From contig OX597843.1 of assembly GCA_951406725.2 (NCBI GenBank), positions 17,608,001-17,672,000 on the forward strand: DNA of 64,000 bases, written 5' to 3'. A program made the position numbers and the translations under genes. The DNA is from Octopus vulgaris (lineage: Eukaryota). The notes under the pieces are model-generated. The model was not told the origin of the DNA. It worked only from the letters and a program-made list of their open reading frames with translations, and searched no databases. Positions 12,502 to 25,964 of this stretch are shown piece by piece (within the stretch, counting starts at the first letter, position 1; each line of letters opens with the position of its first letter).

Positions 12502-13166
12502 TATATATATATATTTGTATATATATGTATATATATATATGCATATGTATGTACATTTATATGTATGTATGCATATGTATGTATATATATGTATATGTGT
12601 GTATATGTATAATTATATATATATACATATAAATATATCATGCATATATATGTATATGTATATACATGTGCACACACACACATGTATATAGAATATATAT
12701 ATATATATATATATATATATCATGCATATATATGTATATATATATATATATATATCATGTATATATATGTATATGTATATACATATATACATATGCAGAT
12801 ATATTTAAACATACCTCTTGCACAGGCTGAAGCTTGCATTGACAAACGTTAAGCGATGTTATATGAACGTGAACACAGCACCAAAAACTACATATAATGT
12901 CACAGGGGGTTTGGTGGCGGGGGTGTGGGGAAGGACATTGGGTGTGGAGGGAGCGGCGGTGTAGGGGTGGAGGGGTCTGCGTGTGGAAAGGATGTCACTT
13001 TCCCGCCATCACTATAACAATGTCGCTGACCCACCACCACCACCGCCGCCACCACCACCACCACCACCACCACCACCACCACCACCACCACCACCACCAC
13101 CACCACCACCACTCCTGCATCTTTTGACACATTCAGACTTAAACACATACGCTTCCAAAGAACAAA

Positions 13167-13216
<50 letters not shown>

Positions 13217-13364
13217 TGTGTGTGTGTGTGTGTATACATTGCGTAAATACACACAGAAATGCACTAAATAAAATAATCAATGCATATACATACATGTATA
13301 TATATGTATATATGAATTGTTTGTGCATGCGGATATGTATACACATATTTACACACATACACCG

Positions 13365-13431
<67 letters not shown>

Positions 13432-13902
13432 CATATATATATATTTATATACGCGCATATACAGATATATGCATATATATGTGTATGTGTATATATATAT
13501 ATATATAGTCGCGCGCGCAAACAAAATTGTACACACACATACACACACAAACAAACAACGTTGTGAATGATACAGCAACTTCCGGTGGATGCTGAAGCCA
13601 GCATCCAAAGGTCATCAGGTCAAACACGATCTTACAAACTTTTTCCGAACAAATTTTAGTGATTTGTGCTGGTGCTTTTGTTGTTGTTGTTGTTGTTCTT
13701 GGTAGTGGTGGTGGTGGTGGTGGTGGTAATAGTCGGGGTTTTGACTGTTGGTGGTGTCGATGTCAGTGGCGGTGGTGTTGGTTTTGGTGGTTGTGTTGGG
13801 GTGATGGTGAGGGTGGCAGCGACAGAAGTAACAGTAGTGGCGGTGGTGTTGGAGGTGGTGGTGGTGGTGGTTCTGGTGCTGGTATCTATTTTTCCATCAT
13901 AT

Positions 13903-14133
13903 GGTGGCGAGCTGGCAGAATCGTTAGCACTCCGGGAAAAATGCTGAGCAGTATTTCGCCTGCCGTTACGTTCCGAGTTCAAACTCCGCCGAGGTCGACT
14001 TTGCCTTTCATCCTTTCGGGGTCGATTAAGTAAGTACCAGTTACGCACTGGGGTCGATATAATCGACTTAATCCGTTTGTCTGTCCTTGTTTGTCCTCTC
14101 TGTGTTTAGCCTCTTGTGGGTAGTAAAGAAAGG
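13903..14133 (+). mobile_element. Full-length family A SINE with 22 bp target-site duplication
   Basis: tRNA-like head with GAGTTCAAA B-box. Perfect flanking repeat GGTATCTATTTTTCCATCATAT at 13881-13902 and 14134-14155. Confidence 0.92.
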
Positions 14134-14879
14134 GGTATCTATTTTTCCATCATATTCAGCCATCAGCATAGTCACCACCACCACCACCAACCAACAACAA
14201 CAATAACAACAACAACAGCAACACTACCACCACCACAACCTCCACCACCGCACCACTACCACAATCTCCACCACTACGCCACCACCACCACTAACAACAC
14301 CACAACCACACACCACCACCACCACCACCACCACCACCACCATCACAATAAGAGGTACGCCGATGATGATAATAAAGGTGATGATGGTGATGATGATGAT
14401 GACGATGATAATGTTGTTAGCCTCAACTTCCTAAAATTCTTCGATTTCACTTTTTATTTATTTATTCGTCTCTGCCCCACCTCTCTCCTGCCGCTGCTCC
14501 CCTTCGGCCCGGCGGCGGTCAGGGGCAGCCAGTTTTCCCTCTACGTCCGATGTTCTTTGGCGAAAGACATTTTCATTATGGACGAGACATAAAAGGACCG
14601 AAGCCTGACACTTAACCCTCCCCAGCAGACAGGCCCCAGCAGACAGGCCCCTGCAGACAGACTCAAACCTTTTCAACTTTCATATGAAGGGATTGTGTAG
14701 AGAGCAAAGTGCGGCCCCTACACACAAGTAAATTCTTTGCAAGTCGGTTGGAGTGAGTGACGATTGAATGTTGTAAACAAGCCTACTCCTCGTAGCCCGA
14801 AGGACGAGAGCTAACCCCTTAGCCACACACCTTCACTTATATGCATACATATGCAAGTCTGTGTATGTATATTCTATTT

Positions 14880-15250
14880 TTCTTTTAATTGTTCCAGTCA
14901 TTTGACTGCGACCATGCTGAAGCACCGTCTTTAGTCAAACAAATCGAACTCTTGACTTATTCTTTGTAAGCCTAGTATTTATTCTATCAGTCTCTTTTGC
15001 CAAACCGCTAAGTTACGGGGACGTAAACGCACCAATATTGGTTGGGGAATAAGCACGGACACACAAATATAAACACACACACACACACACACATACGACA
15101 GGCTTCTTTCAGTCTCTGCCTACCAAATCCACTCACAGGGCCTTGGTCAGCCCGAGGGTATAGAGAAGACACTCACCCAAGGTGCCACATAGTGGGATTG
15201 AACCCAGAACCATGTGGCTGGTAAGCAAGGTACTTACCACACAGCCACGA
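14880..15250 (-). mobile_element. Family B CORE-type SINE
   Basis: Collinear with the other copies, including the internal (CA)n. Confidence 0.85.
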
Positions 15251-15256
15251 CTGTAC

Positions 15257-15346
<90 letters not shown>

Positions 15347-15353
<7 letters not shown>

Positions 15354-15545
15354 AAATTTTTAGAAAGATAAAAGACGAAGTCAGGTGTATGAACAACAAT
15401 CTGGTGTATTAGTTTGACGCTCGGGAAAATGAAAAATGAAAGAGTCTTACATTTCGAGCCTATGCTCTTCAACAGAAAGGAATAAGAGAAAATAAACAGA
15501 AAGAGAATGAAAAAAAAAAGCCTGTGGATTTAGCAGTCATATATT
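15347..15545 (-). mobile_element. (TA)n-anchored element, family H2, with variant hammerhead-like motif
   Basis: Minus strand CTTT-CTGTTGA-A-GAGC(ATAG)GCTC-GAAATGTA-AGA; related to 22476-22650. Confidence 0.5.
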
Positions 15546-15699
15546 TAAAAGAATGAGTAGAGATGGCTTTTTTGAGGGGATAATTTTTATTTTAATATTA
15601 ATAATAATGTTTACAGTGAGTTACTCTGATATAAGTTACAAGCATTTTTTATATTCTTTTCCCAGTTTTGGGGCAATGAGGGAATTCGAGTGTGCATAC

Positions 15700-15922
15700 T
15701 TTTTTACCTGCTTCAGTTCATTTGACCGCGTCCATACTGGAGCACCACCTTTAGCCGAGCAAATCGACACCAGGACTTACTTTTTGTACGCCTAATACTA
15801 ATTCTATCGGCCTGTTTTGCCTAATCGCTAGGTTACAGGGATGTAAAGACATCAACATCGGCTGTCAAGAGATGGGGGTGGGGCAAGCACAGACACACAA
15901 ACATATATATATACACACACAT

Positions 15923-15990
<68 letters not shown>

Positions 15991-16112
15991 TCTTTACTCT
16001 TTTATTTGTTTCAGTCATTTGACTGCGGCCATGCTGGAGCACCGCCTTTAGTCGAGCAAATCGACCCCGGGACTTATTCTTTGTAAGCCCAGTACTTATT
16101 CTATCGGTCTCT

Positions 16113-16204
<92 letters not shown>

Positions 16205-16605
16205 TACACACACACACATATATATACGACGGACTTCTTTCAGTTACCGTCTTCCAAATCCACTCACAAGGTTTTGGTCAGCCTGAGGTTATTGGAAAAG
16301 ACACTTGCCCAGGGTACCATGCAGTGGGACTGAACCAGGAACCATAGACATCCACACCACAAGTTCCTTAGTGAGAGTCCTTAGAATTGTGGTTCTTAAC
16401 AAGTCTCCATATAGACCATAGGGGTCCGTAACAGAATTTGTTCTTATAAATTTGGAGGGATCGCTGTGTGGTAAGAAGTTTGTTTCTCGAAGACATGGTC
16501 CCTGGTTCAGTCCCACTACGTCGTACCTTGGGCGAGTGCATTTTGCTATAGCAACAAAATACTTGTGGGTGGATTTGGTAGACGGAAACTGAAAGAAGTC
16601 CGTCG
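15700..16605. mobile_element. Cluster of family B SINE fragments split by (TA)n
   Basis: Pieces at ~15700-15900, 15990-16110 and 16225-16345 (minus) and 16460-16605 (plus). Confidence 0.75.
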
Positions 16606-16663
16606 TGTGTGTGCGTATTTATATATATAGAGAGAGACATGTTCATATATATACATATATATA

Positions 16664-16715
<52 letters not shown>

Positions 16716-16788
16716 TATATACATATATACATATTTATATATATATATATACATATATACATACATATATATATATATATATACGTAT

Positions 16789-16819
<31 letters not shown>

Positions 16820-16871
16820 TATGCATATATATATATATACACGTATATACATATATACATATATATATATG

Positions 16872-16927
<56 letters not shown>

Positions 16928-17026
16928 CATATCTATAAATACATATTGGAAGGTTTGGAGACGATGTACGGGTATTTTATGTTAGAAATTTCTTCTAATA
17001 TAAATACATATATACATATATATGGT

Positions 17027-17346
17027 GAAGGAGCATGGCTCAGTGATTAGAGCGTAGAACTTACGACCGTGAGGTTGTGAGTTTGAATCCCGGACCGGGC
17101 TGCGTGTTGTGTTCTTGAGCAAGCCACTTTATTTCACGTTGCTCCAGTTAACTCAGCTGTTGAAATGAGTTGCGACGTCACGGGTGCCAAGCTGTATCGG
17201 CCCCTTTGCCTTTCCCTTGGATAACACTGGTGGCGTGGAGAGGGGAGGCTGGTATGCATGGGTGACTGCTGGTCTTCCATAAACAACCTTGCCCAGACTT
17301 GTGCCTGGGAGGGGAACTTTCTAGGTGCAATCCCACTGTCAGTCAT
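17027..17346 (+). mobile_element. tRNA-derived CORE-type SINE, family D
   Basis: TGGCTCAGTGA A-box, GAGTTTGAATCCC B-box, TCTTGAGCAAG-CAC CORE-like motif, distinct 3' tail. Confidence 0.75.
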
Positions 17347-17377
17347 ATATACACACACACACATATATACACATATT

Positions 17378-17409
<32 letters not shown>

Positions 17410-17493
17410 CATGTATATATATATACACACACATTTATATATACACATATATATATATATATGCATATATATAAATATTAGATAGATAGATCG

Positions 17494-17876
17494 TGGCATT
17501 CCGTCGGTTACGACGACGAGGGTTCCAGTTGATCCGATCAATGGAACAGCCTGGTCGTGAAATTAACGTGTGCAAGTGGCTGAGCACTCCACAGACATGT
17601 GTACCCTTAACGTAGTTCTCGGGGAGATTCAACGTGACACAGAGTGTGACAAGACTGACCCCTTTGAAATACAGGTACAACAGAAACAGGAAGTAAGAGT
17701 GAGAGAAAATTATGGAGAATGAGTACAACAGGGTTTGCCACCACGCCCTGTCGGAGCGTCACGGAGCTTTAGGTATTTTTGCTTAATGAGCACTTACAAC
17801 AGCTGGTCTGGGAATCGAAACTGCTATCCTATGACCGCGAGTCCGTTGCCCTAACCACTGGGCCATTGCTCCTTCA
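17494..17876 (-). mobile_element. tRNA-derived SINE, family C
   Basis: Matches 28970-29360, 53455-53831 and 60190-60550. Head TGGCCCAGTGGTTAGGGC...GTTTCGATTCCC. Confidence 0.85.
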
Positions 17877-18946
17877 CGATAGATAGATGTGTGTGTTTGT
17901 GTGTGTGTGTGTGTGCATCCTGGTTTTTATACATAATACTTGATCTCAATTATGAACTGTTCAGACCGACACCACCACCACCACCACCATTCACAACCAC
18001 TGACATACTACACCCCCCACCGTGCCCTACGAATATCGCCATCAACATTACAGTTTTCATCAGTAATATCCCAACTATCACATCAGCATTACGCCTCCGC
18101 CACGACCACGACCATTAACAAGCATCACAACCCCCGGCACCACAACCACCACCACAGTCTCACAACCACTACCACAAATGCCACCACTGCCGCCGCCACC
18201 ACCACCACCACTATCACCACCACCACCACTAACACCACCACCGTCGCCACCATCATGATTCCCCCTCCATCACCAAAAACGCTAGCACCATCACCTCCTT
18301 CTCTCCATCCACCACCACCACCACCACCACCACCACCACCACCACCAGTAACGTGTTCTCCTGTAAAGTGAACGAAGTGGTTTTGACCGCTAGCATTTGT
18401 GAGGCGAGCGCCATCTGTATGAAGACAACTGTGATTAGACCGGAAATGGAATTCACTGCAGAAATGTGAGTGGATACAACAACAACAATCACAACATTAA
18501 GTTCGACATTACAAAACGCGTTGTCTCATCACCCACCACCACCACCACCACCACCACCACCAGCACAATAATCATCATCATCATCATCATGGCAATCACA
18601 ATTAGAACCACGATCATTATCATCTGCACAACAACAGTCCTCATCATCATCATCCTCATCATCATCGCAGTACTCCCTTCCATTATCGTGACCATCACCA
18701 CAAGCATCAGCACCATCGCCCATCAACATTACCATCGTCGTCATCATCATCATCATCATCATCATCTACATCACAGCTAGCATCACCATCACCATGAAGA
18801 CACACTGCATACATACACGCGCATACACACAGACACATACACACGTAAACACACACATACATACGTAAACATGTCCACAGACGTTCAAACGTATATTTTT
18901 GTTGTTTTTTTTTCTTAGCGAAAATCGTGCGGGTGTTAATATAGAG

Positions 18947-19147
18947 CAGGGCTTTTCAAACTTTTTGCTGGAGCGGAACCCCAAGGAAACGTTTCACTGG
19001 CTTGAGGAACCCCTGTGCAATAATTTAATAGTCTTATGCACACATATCAGCACAGGAGAATTAAAAATTACTGCCGATTTTAGCAGTTTTGTAACTTCTT
19101 GCGGAACCCCTGGACTGTACTGGCGGAACCCTGGTTGAAAACCACTG
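18947..19147. mobile_element. hAT/Charlie-like MITE
   Basis: Terminal inverted repeats CAGGGCTTTTCAAAC / GGTTGAAAACCACTG, repeated subterminal GCGGAACCC, and an imperfect 8 bp TSD ATATAGAG / GTATAGAA. Confidence 0.75.
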
Positions 19148-19283
19148 GTATAGAAATACACAAGCAGACCAAGGTGACCCACTCTTTGTCCACCAACCAA
19201 TCCAGTTTTCTTTTCTGTTAAAATCTTGGTTTCACCAATTCCTTGCCGGTACAATTTGGGTTGGAAAATGGGCCTCGTGTGTA

Positions 19284-19353
<70 letters not shown>

Positions 19354-19477
19354 AGATAAGGACAAAAGAAAAATTCTAATGCCAAATATGCCAAAAAAAA
19401 AAGACAAAAATTGTCAATAACCATTATAATTTATGCGTCTCGAAACAAACCGATAGAAATTTCTAAAAAATCCGTTA

Positions 19478-19538
19478 TTACCGTATTGGTCCCAATTTCG
19501 GGGTTTATTCATAAGAATTTTCCCTTCTTCAGCGATAA
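19478..19538 (-). ncRNA. Type-I hammerhead ribozyme-like motif with all three stems
   Basis: Minus strand TTATCG-CTGAAGA-A-GGG..ATTC(TTAT)GAAT..CCCC-GAA-ATTGG(GA)CCAAT-A-CGGTAA: 6 bp stem I, 5 bp stem III, AUA cleavage triplet. Confidence 0.65.
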
Positions 19539-19582
19539 ATACGTGAGGTATAAGTGAAATACTTACTCATATCCTACATTAG

Positions 19583-19691
<109 letters not shown>

Positions 19692-19693
19692 TA

Positions 19694-19858
19694 GGCGCAG
19701 GAGTGGCTGTGTGGTAAGTAGCTTGCTTACCAACCACATAGTTCCTGGTTCAGTCCCACTGTGTGGCACCTCGGGCAAGTGTCTTCTACTATAGCCACGG
19801 GCCGACCAAAGCCTTGTGAGTGGATTTGGTAGATGGAAACCGAAAGAAGCCCGTCGTA

Positions 19859-19910
<52 letters not shown>

Positions 19911-20095
19911 TGTGTGTGTTTGTGTGTCTGTGTTTGTCACCGATGCTGGTGTGTTTATGTCCCCGTTACTTAGCGGTTCGGCAAAAGGGACCGATAGAAT
20001 AAGTACTGGGCTTACAAAAGAATAAGTCCCGAGGTCGAGTTGCTCGATTAAAAGCGGTGCTCCAGCATGGCCCCAAGTAAAAGAGTAAAAGAGTA
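19694..20095 (+). mobile_element. Family B CORE-type SINE, near full length
   Basis: GGCGCAGGAGTGGCTGTGTGGTAAG head, GGTTCAGTCCC B-box, internal TA/TG microsatellite, (GTAAAAGA)n tail. Confidence 0.9.
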
Positions 20096-20219
20096 TATGT
20101 GTGTGTGTGTCTGTGTACAAGTTTATCTGTATGTATGTATGTGCAGATTTATATGTTTTATTTATGTATACTCATGCATAGCGTTGCGTATCTAGACACG
20201 CTCATATATATTTAAAGAT

Positions 20220-20567
20220 AAGGTTCTGGAAAGTTTTACAGATTTGTACAGTTCCAGTGATGGATTGGATCTGTAATCTTGGAATTAGCTTTCTCCTTTC
20301 GGCTTTGAGAAGCCTGTATATATTATTTTTAATCATTATAAATGAGGAGGGAGCTGGTTTCCAAAAAAGATAGGTTCCGTTTTGGGGATGTATTTAACAC
20401 TGACAAATTCTCATTTGGAACTTGAAAAAAGTCTTGCATATTTTTACTGTTCCACTCACAGATCACACTTGTAATGTACGAATCAGCTGGTCGATTTCTC
20501 TTTCTGAAAATCCCAGTTTATCCAGATTCCCCTTTAAGTATTTACTAACAAAACCTAGTGCTCCAAG
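20220..20567 (-). pseudogene. Two short 3'-end fragments of REL-endonuclease (R2/R4-group) retrotransposons
   Basis: LGALGFVSKYLKGNLDKLGFSEREIDQLIRTLQV*SVSGTVKICKTFFKF (~20420-20567) and KAERRKLIPRLQIQSITGTVQICKTFQ (~20222-20312). Confidence 0.65.
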
Positions 20568-20569
20568 TA

Positions 20570-20667
20570 AGTATGTATGTATGTATGTATGTATGTATGT
20601 ATGTATGTATGTATGTATGTATGTATGTATGTATGTATGTATGTATGTTTGTATGTACGTACGTATG

Positions 20668-20698
<31 letters not shown>

Positions 20699-20928
20699 AT
20701 ATATGTATGTATGTATGTACATATATATATGTATGTATGTATATATATATGTATGTATGTATGTATATATGTATGTATGTATGAATGTATGTATGTATGT
20801 ATGTATGTATGTATGTATGTATGTGTGCATGTATATATGTATGTATGTATGGATGTATGTACGTACGTATGTATGTATGTATATATGTATGTATGAATGT
20901 ATGCATGTATGTATGTATGTATGCATGC

Positions 20929-20961
<33 letters not shown>

Positions 20962-20971
20962 TGTATGTGTG

Positions 20972-21005
<34 letters not shown>

Positions 21006-21203
21006 TGTATGTATGTATGCATGCATGTATGTATGTATATATGTATGTATGCATGCATGTATGTATGTATGTATGTATGTATGTATGTATGTATGTATGT
21101 ATGTATGTATGTATGTATGTATGTATGCATGCATGTATGTATGTATGTATGTATGTATGTATGTATGTATGTATGTATGTATGTATGTATGTATGTGTGT
21201 ATG

Positions 21204-21237
<34 letters not shown>

Positions 21238-21247
21238 TATATGTATG

Positions 21248-21278
<31 letters not shown>

Positions 21279-21300
21279 ATATGTATGTATGTATGTATGT
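20570..21300. repeat. (TATG)n microsatellite, ~730 bp
   Basis: Direct observation. Confidence 0.97.
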
Positions 21301-22380
21301 GTGTTCGTTCTCAGTGGGCCAAAGTGTGAGAAATGCTTCATAATCACCCTTTCCCTTGTATTAAATAGTGTAAAATTATGAATATTGCTGATTTTGCAAA
21401 GAGAAAGAAGGAAATATAAAGAATGAGGAACTGAGAGAGAGAGAGGGGGGGAGGTAGGAGAAGGTAGATAGTGTGAGAGTAAAAGAGTATGGGCGAGTGT
21501 CAAGAGTTCCAGGTGTGAGAGAATGAAGGAATGCATGACCACCAAAAGGTTAAATGTTCCGCAATAAACAATGCAATCGTGAGAGAATGGCTGTGGCGGA
21601 ATGGTTGATGCCAGAACTCGTAGGACTCCTGATGAAACATTATAAAGATGAGAAAATATCAGAAAATAATAATGAATAGGAATCTGAAAGCTTCTAGAAC
21701 CGATATCAGACGCATTGATATCAGGACTTTTAAAAGAAGCGAAAGAAGAGCGGTAGTGGCTGCATTAAAATGAACCCGAAGAGATAAAGTGGTTCATTTC
21801 AGGCACAGAGCAATTGAAGAATTTAAAGAAGGAAGAATACAAAAACAGTTATCTCTATAAGAGATACTTAACTCGTATATATCGTTGAGAGCTCACTAGC
21901 TGCAGTGGTCAAGTGGCATAAAATCCCTTTAAAATATGTAGTGTTAAAAACACGGTACGCTTCAAAAACGAAACGAAATGAAATCGTCCAAGAAACAACC
22001 ATGGATCACAGATTTTGCCGTTTTTACGGCACCACGCACTCGAAACCTTCTCGGCCAGTCTGGAGTGTATAGAAACAAGCAATAAACAATTTACTTGTTT
22101 GGCAAATATCCGACCAGGGTGAATAAAATTCAAATTATGCAACAGAAGCGACTCATGCTAAATGCTCAAAATATAAGAGAAACACGCGGTGAAAAAAGAA
22201 GGCCTTTAAGGTGGCTAAAAAACAAAGCTTAGAGGCAACTTATGCTTTGGTAACGGTCAAAGGGTTTTATCTCCTGTCCCCAATCTGTACAGCAACATAT
22301 AAGTGACTATACCTTCCTTTAAGATAGCGTGTTAACGCATGCGTACATATGAGTATATATTTATATGTATATTTATATAA

Positions 22381-22432
<52 letters not shown>

Positions 22433-22439
22433 ATATATA

Positions 22440-22472
<33 letters not shown>

Positions 22473-22475
22473 GTA

Positions 22476-22650
22476 TAGGGAGAGTTTACGAAAAAAAACA
22501 AAAGATGAAGACAGGTGGTGTACAAAACAAACAGATGTATTAGTATAACGCTCAGGAATAGAAAAAGTCTTTTACGTTTCGAGCCTATGCTCTTCTACAG
22601 AAAGGGACACAGAAAGAAACAAGGAGAGAAAAAAATGTGTGTAGTGGCAT
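22476..22650 (-). mobile_element. Family H2 element with variant hammerhead-like motif
   Basis: Minus strand CTTT-CTGTAGA-A-GAGC(ATAG)GCTC-GAAACGTA-AAAG; 4 bp stem I CTTT/AAAG; follows (TA)n. Confidence 0.55.
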
Positions 22651-22747
22651 ATAAAATTAAATAATAAGGGTAGAAATTGATATTAAAACAAGTGGCTTAG
22701 CATATTTAAAAATCCGAAGATTAAAAATTGTGTTATATACAAAATCT

Positions 22748-23071
22748 AGAGGAATGACCACTAAAGTGGACAGCCTATATGCTAGACATAGACGTCAAAT
22801 CGCCATTACCACGAAGAATGTGTTCTCAAGAAAAAAATCTCAGCAAAAAGGCCAAAATGTAAAAATGATCAAGACAAATGAAAATATACAAAATAAAAAC
22901 CAATTGGTACATAGGTAATCGATTTTATTTCGAATATTTTCATTGCCTTGATCATTTTTACATTTTGGCCTTTTTGCTGAGATTTTTTTCTTGAGAACAC
23001 ATTCTTCGTGGTAATGGCGATTTGACATCTATGTTTAGCATATAGGCCCTCCACTTTAGTGGACATTCCTC
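22748..23071. repeat. Foldback palindrome with ~160 bp arms
   Basis: 22748-22905 is the reverse complement of ~22918-23071 with few mismatches. The track shows near-identical peptides on both strands (22730+ and 22869-). Confidence 0.93.
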
Positions 23072-23080
23072 TTAATTGTG

Positions 23081-23114
<34 letters not shown>

Positions 23115-23166
23115 CGTGTGTGTGTGTCTGTGTGTGTGTGTCTGTGTGTATATACGTATATATGTG

Positions 23167-23218
<52 letters not shown>

Positions 23219-23327
23219 GTGTGTGTGATGGTATTTTAATAATACCATCCCTATATATATATATATATATATTTATCCTATATATATATATAAATTTATC
23301 CTATATATATATATAAATTTATCCTAC

Positions 23328-23363
<36 letters not shown>

Positions 23364-25293
23364 ATGTAGGATAAATTTTTTTTAGAAAAAAATGTTATCA
23401 ATGGCCAGCATATTAAAAAATACCTTTAGAGGTTAAATTTATAAACAATTCATAAATAAGGGCAAACGAACAAATTTCTAATGCTTTGGTTAGCCTACGT
23501 TATAGTAAGATGTCACGCAGTGGGACTGAACCCGGAACCATGTGGTTGGGAAGCAACCTTCTTACCACACAGCATATATATATTTTTGCCTATCTGTCTG
23601 TCTGTCTGTCTTCTTTCTCTCTTTCTCCATTCTATTCTCCTCTTCCCTGAGCACTAAACGTCACCACCACCACCACCACCACCACAATCACCACCAGCAC
23701 CACCTCCACCACCACCACCACCACCACCACAACATCACAGTCCTACGCCGCCGCCGCCGCCAGCTCCGTCCTCCCGCTTGACTTGGCTCTGTCAGTCAGG
23801 TAAGTCTAGAACTGGCTAATTGCAACCACGCCGCCACACCCCTCCCTCCCTTCCTCTCCTTTCTCTCCTTCTTCTCCTCCTCCTCCTCCTCACCTCCCCC
23901 TTCCACTCGGTGTCTCGTTCCATCAACCACTCCCACCTCCCACCGCCACTCGAACGCTTGATGAGACATTCAGCCAGAGTCGACCGGTTTACAACGTTTG
24001 CACCTGCCGCAGCGAAGTGGTAGGGGAGGGGGGCGGCGGCAATGGGGGGAGGCTGTTGTTGCTGGTGGTGGTGGTGGGTATGATGATGGTAGTGACGGTG
24101 ACGGTAGTAGTGTAGGTGGTGGTGGTGGTCAGGGTGATAGTAGTTTGTTGTAGTGTCGTTAATGATTCTCTTAGATGATGATGATGATGACGATTGTGAT
24201 TGTGATGATGATGATGGTGATGATGATGGTGATGACGATGATGATGGTGATGATGATGGTGATGATGATGACAATGATGATGATGGTGATGGTGATGGTG
24301 ATGTCGATGGTGATGATGATGGTGATGACGATGATGATGGTGATGATGATGGTGATGATGATGGTGATGACGATGATGATGGTGATGATGATATGATGTT
24401 GATGATGATGGTGGTGATGATGATGTTAATGATGGTCGTGATGGTGATGGTGATGGTGATGCAGTTGCTGTTGCAGTCATAAAAGGCGCAAGTTCTACGT
24501 CTAGTTCCACAATATGACAATATCCTCTCCCGGTTGCTAGGATCTCACTTCACCTTGAGCGATCTTCATGCCGCATATACCCGGGTATGAGGACATCAAC
24601 CTTGCCCCTGAGAAACCCTCGTCTCCCCACAACACACACACACACACACTTCGCCATCTCACCATCATACCTCTCTCTCTATCTGATGTGTCTCTTACGC
24701 CCTGAATTCGAATCCTGCCGAGGTGGACTTAGCCTTCGATCCTGTTAAACAATGGGGTAGATATTATTGACTTACTTCTTCCTCTAAAGTTGCTGGCTTT
24801 GTGCCAAAAAAAAAATCAAATCAATCATATAGGCGTATATACATACACATGTGTGCCTGTGTGTGTGAATGGATGTGTGTACCTGTGTGTGTGTGTGTGT
24901 GCGAGTGTGTGTGCGAGTGTGCGCGTGAATGCGTGCTGTGACCGTAGGGAGCTTTGACTCCTTTCTCAGCTTATTAAAATAGTATTCCTGAGGTTAATGA
25001 ATCGTTTTGACTCTTGTTTCTAGCAATCTACCACTTTGTACCCTCTGTCACTTTAGTGACGTCTATAAATTTACCTTAGAACATAAAATTGCCAGCAAGT
25101 CACCCATATTACATGGTTAGGGCATTTAGCACACGATCGTAAGGTCGTGGGTTCAATTCACGTCGACGCGCTGTGTCCTTCAGCACGACACTTTATTTCG
25201 CGGTGCCCAAGTCCACTCAGCTGGCAAAAATGAATAGTGCCTGTATTTCAAAGGGCCAGTCTTGTATCACGCTGAATCTGAACTACGTTAAGG

Positions 25294-25333
<40 letters not shown>

Positions 25334-25421
25334 TTTGATACTTTGATAGGTTTCGGCCATTATTGGCCCAGGCCATGTCTAACTTAATAGCACCACCTGG
25401 TATATATATATATACATATAT

Positions 25422-25586
25422 ACGACGGGCTTCTTTCAGTTTCCGTCTACCAAATTCACTCACAAAGCTTTGGTAGGCCCGAGTCTATAGCAGAAGACAC
25501 TTGCCCAAGGTGCCACGCAGTGGGAATGAACCCGGAACCAAGTGGTTGGTAAGCAAGCTACTTACTACATAGCCACTCCTGCGCCT
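25422..25586 (-). mobile_element. Family B SINE, 5' half
   Basis: Matches the family B head and CORE-like region. Confidence 0.85.
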
Positions 25587-25599
25587 ATATATATATATA

Positions 25600-25870
25600 T
25601 ATATATATACACATTGGATTAATGGGTATATGCCAATGAGTGTGTTGAAGTGTTGAGTAGATTCCCTGGCACAGTTTATGCAGCCTGATGTCTTCTGCAG
25701 TTGGGGTTTAGTTCCGTTGGATCTAATTCGGGAAGTCCGTAGAGTTAGTTGAGATAATGATAATAATTTCTTAAGTAACAAGAAGATGGATTTGCTATTA
25801 ATATTGATCCCACTCATAAGGGACAGTGGCAGGACGGGTGGCGACGACCGCCGTACGAAGATTAATACCA
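25600..25870 (-). pseudogene. Possible Penelope-like RT fragment
   Basis: Minus strand LYGLPELDPTELNPNCRR...TSTHSLAY resembles the LYGLPKxHK...RPI...T..LA motif; heavily decayed. Confidence 0.4.
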
Positions 25871-25964
25871 AACCCATCTTCTGGTTACTTAATCAATTAT
25901 CATCACATACATACACACACACACACACATACATACGTACGTATGTACTACATACATATACATG

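Noticed and set aside
18360-18475. Possible exon ending at AAT|GTGAGT
   Set aside because: Weak acceptor and no recognisable peptide in any frame.
21560-22280. Degenerate LINE ORF2 (KKQPWITD motif near 21985)
   Set aside because: A single short motif among many stops; insufficient to call.
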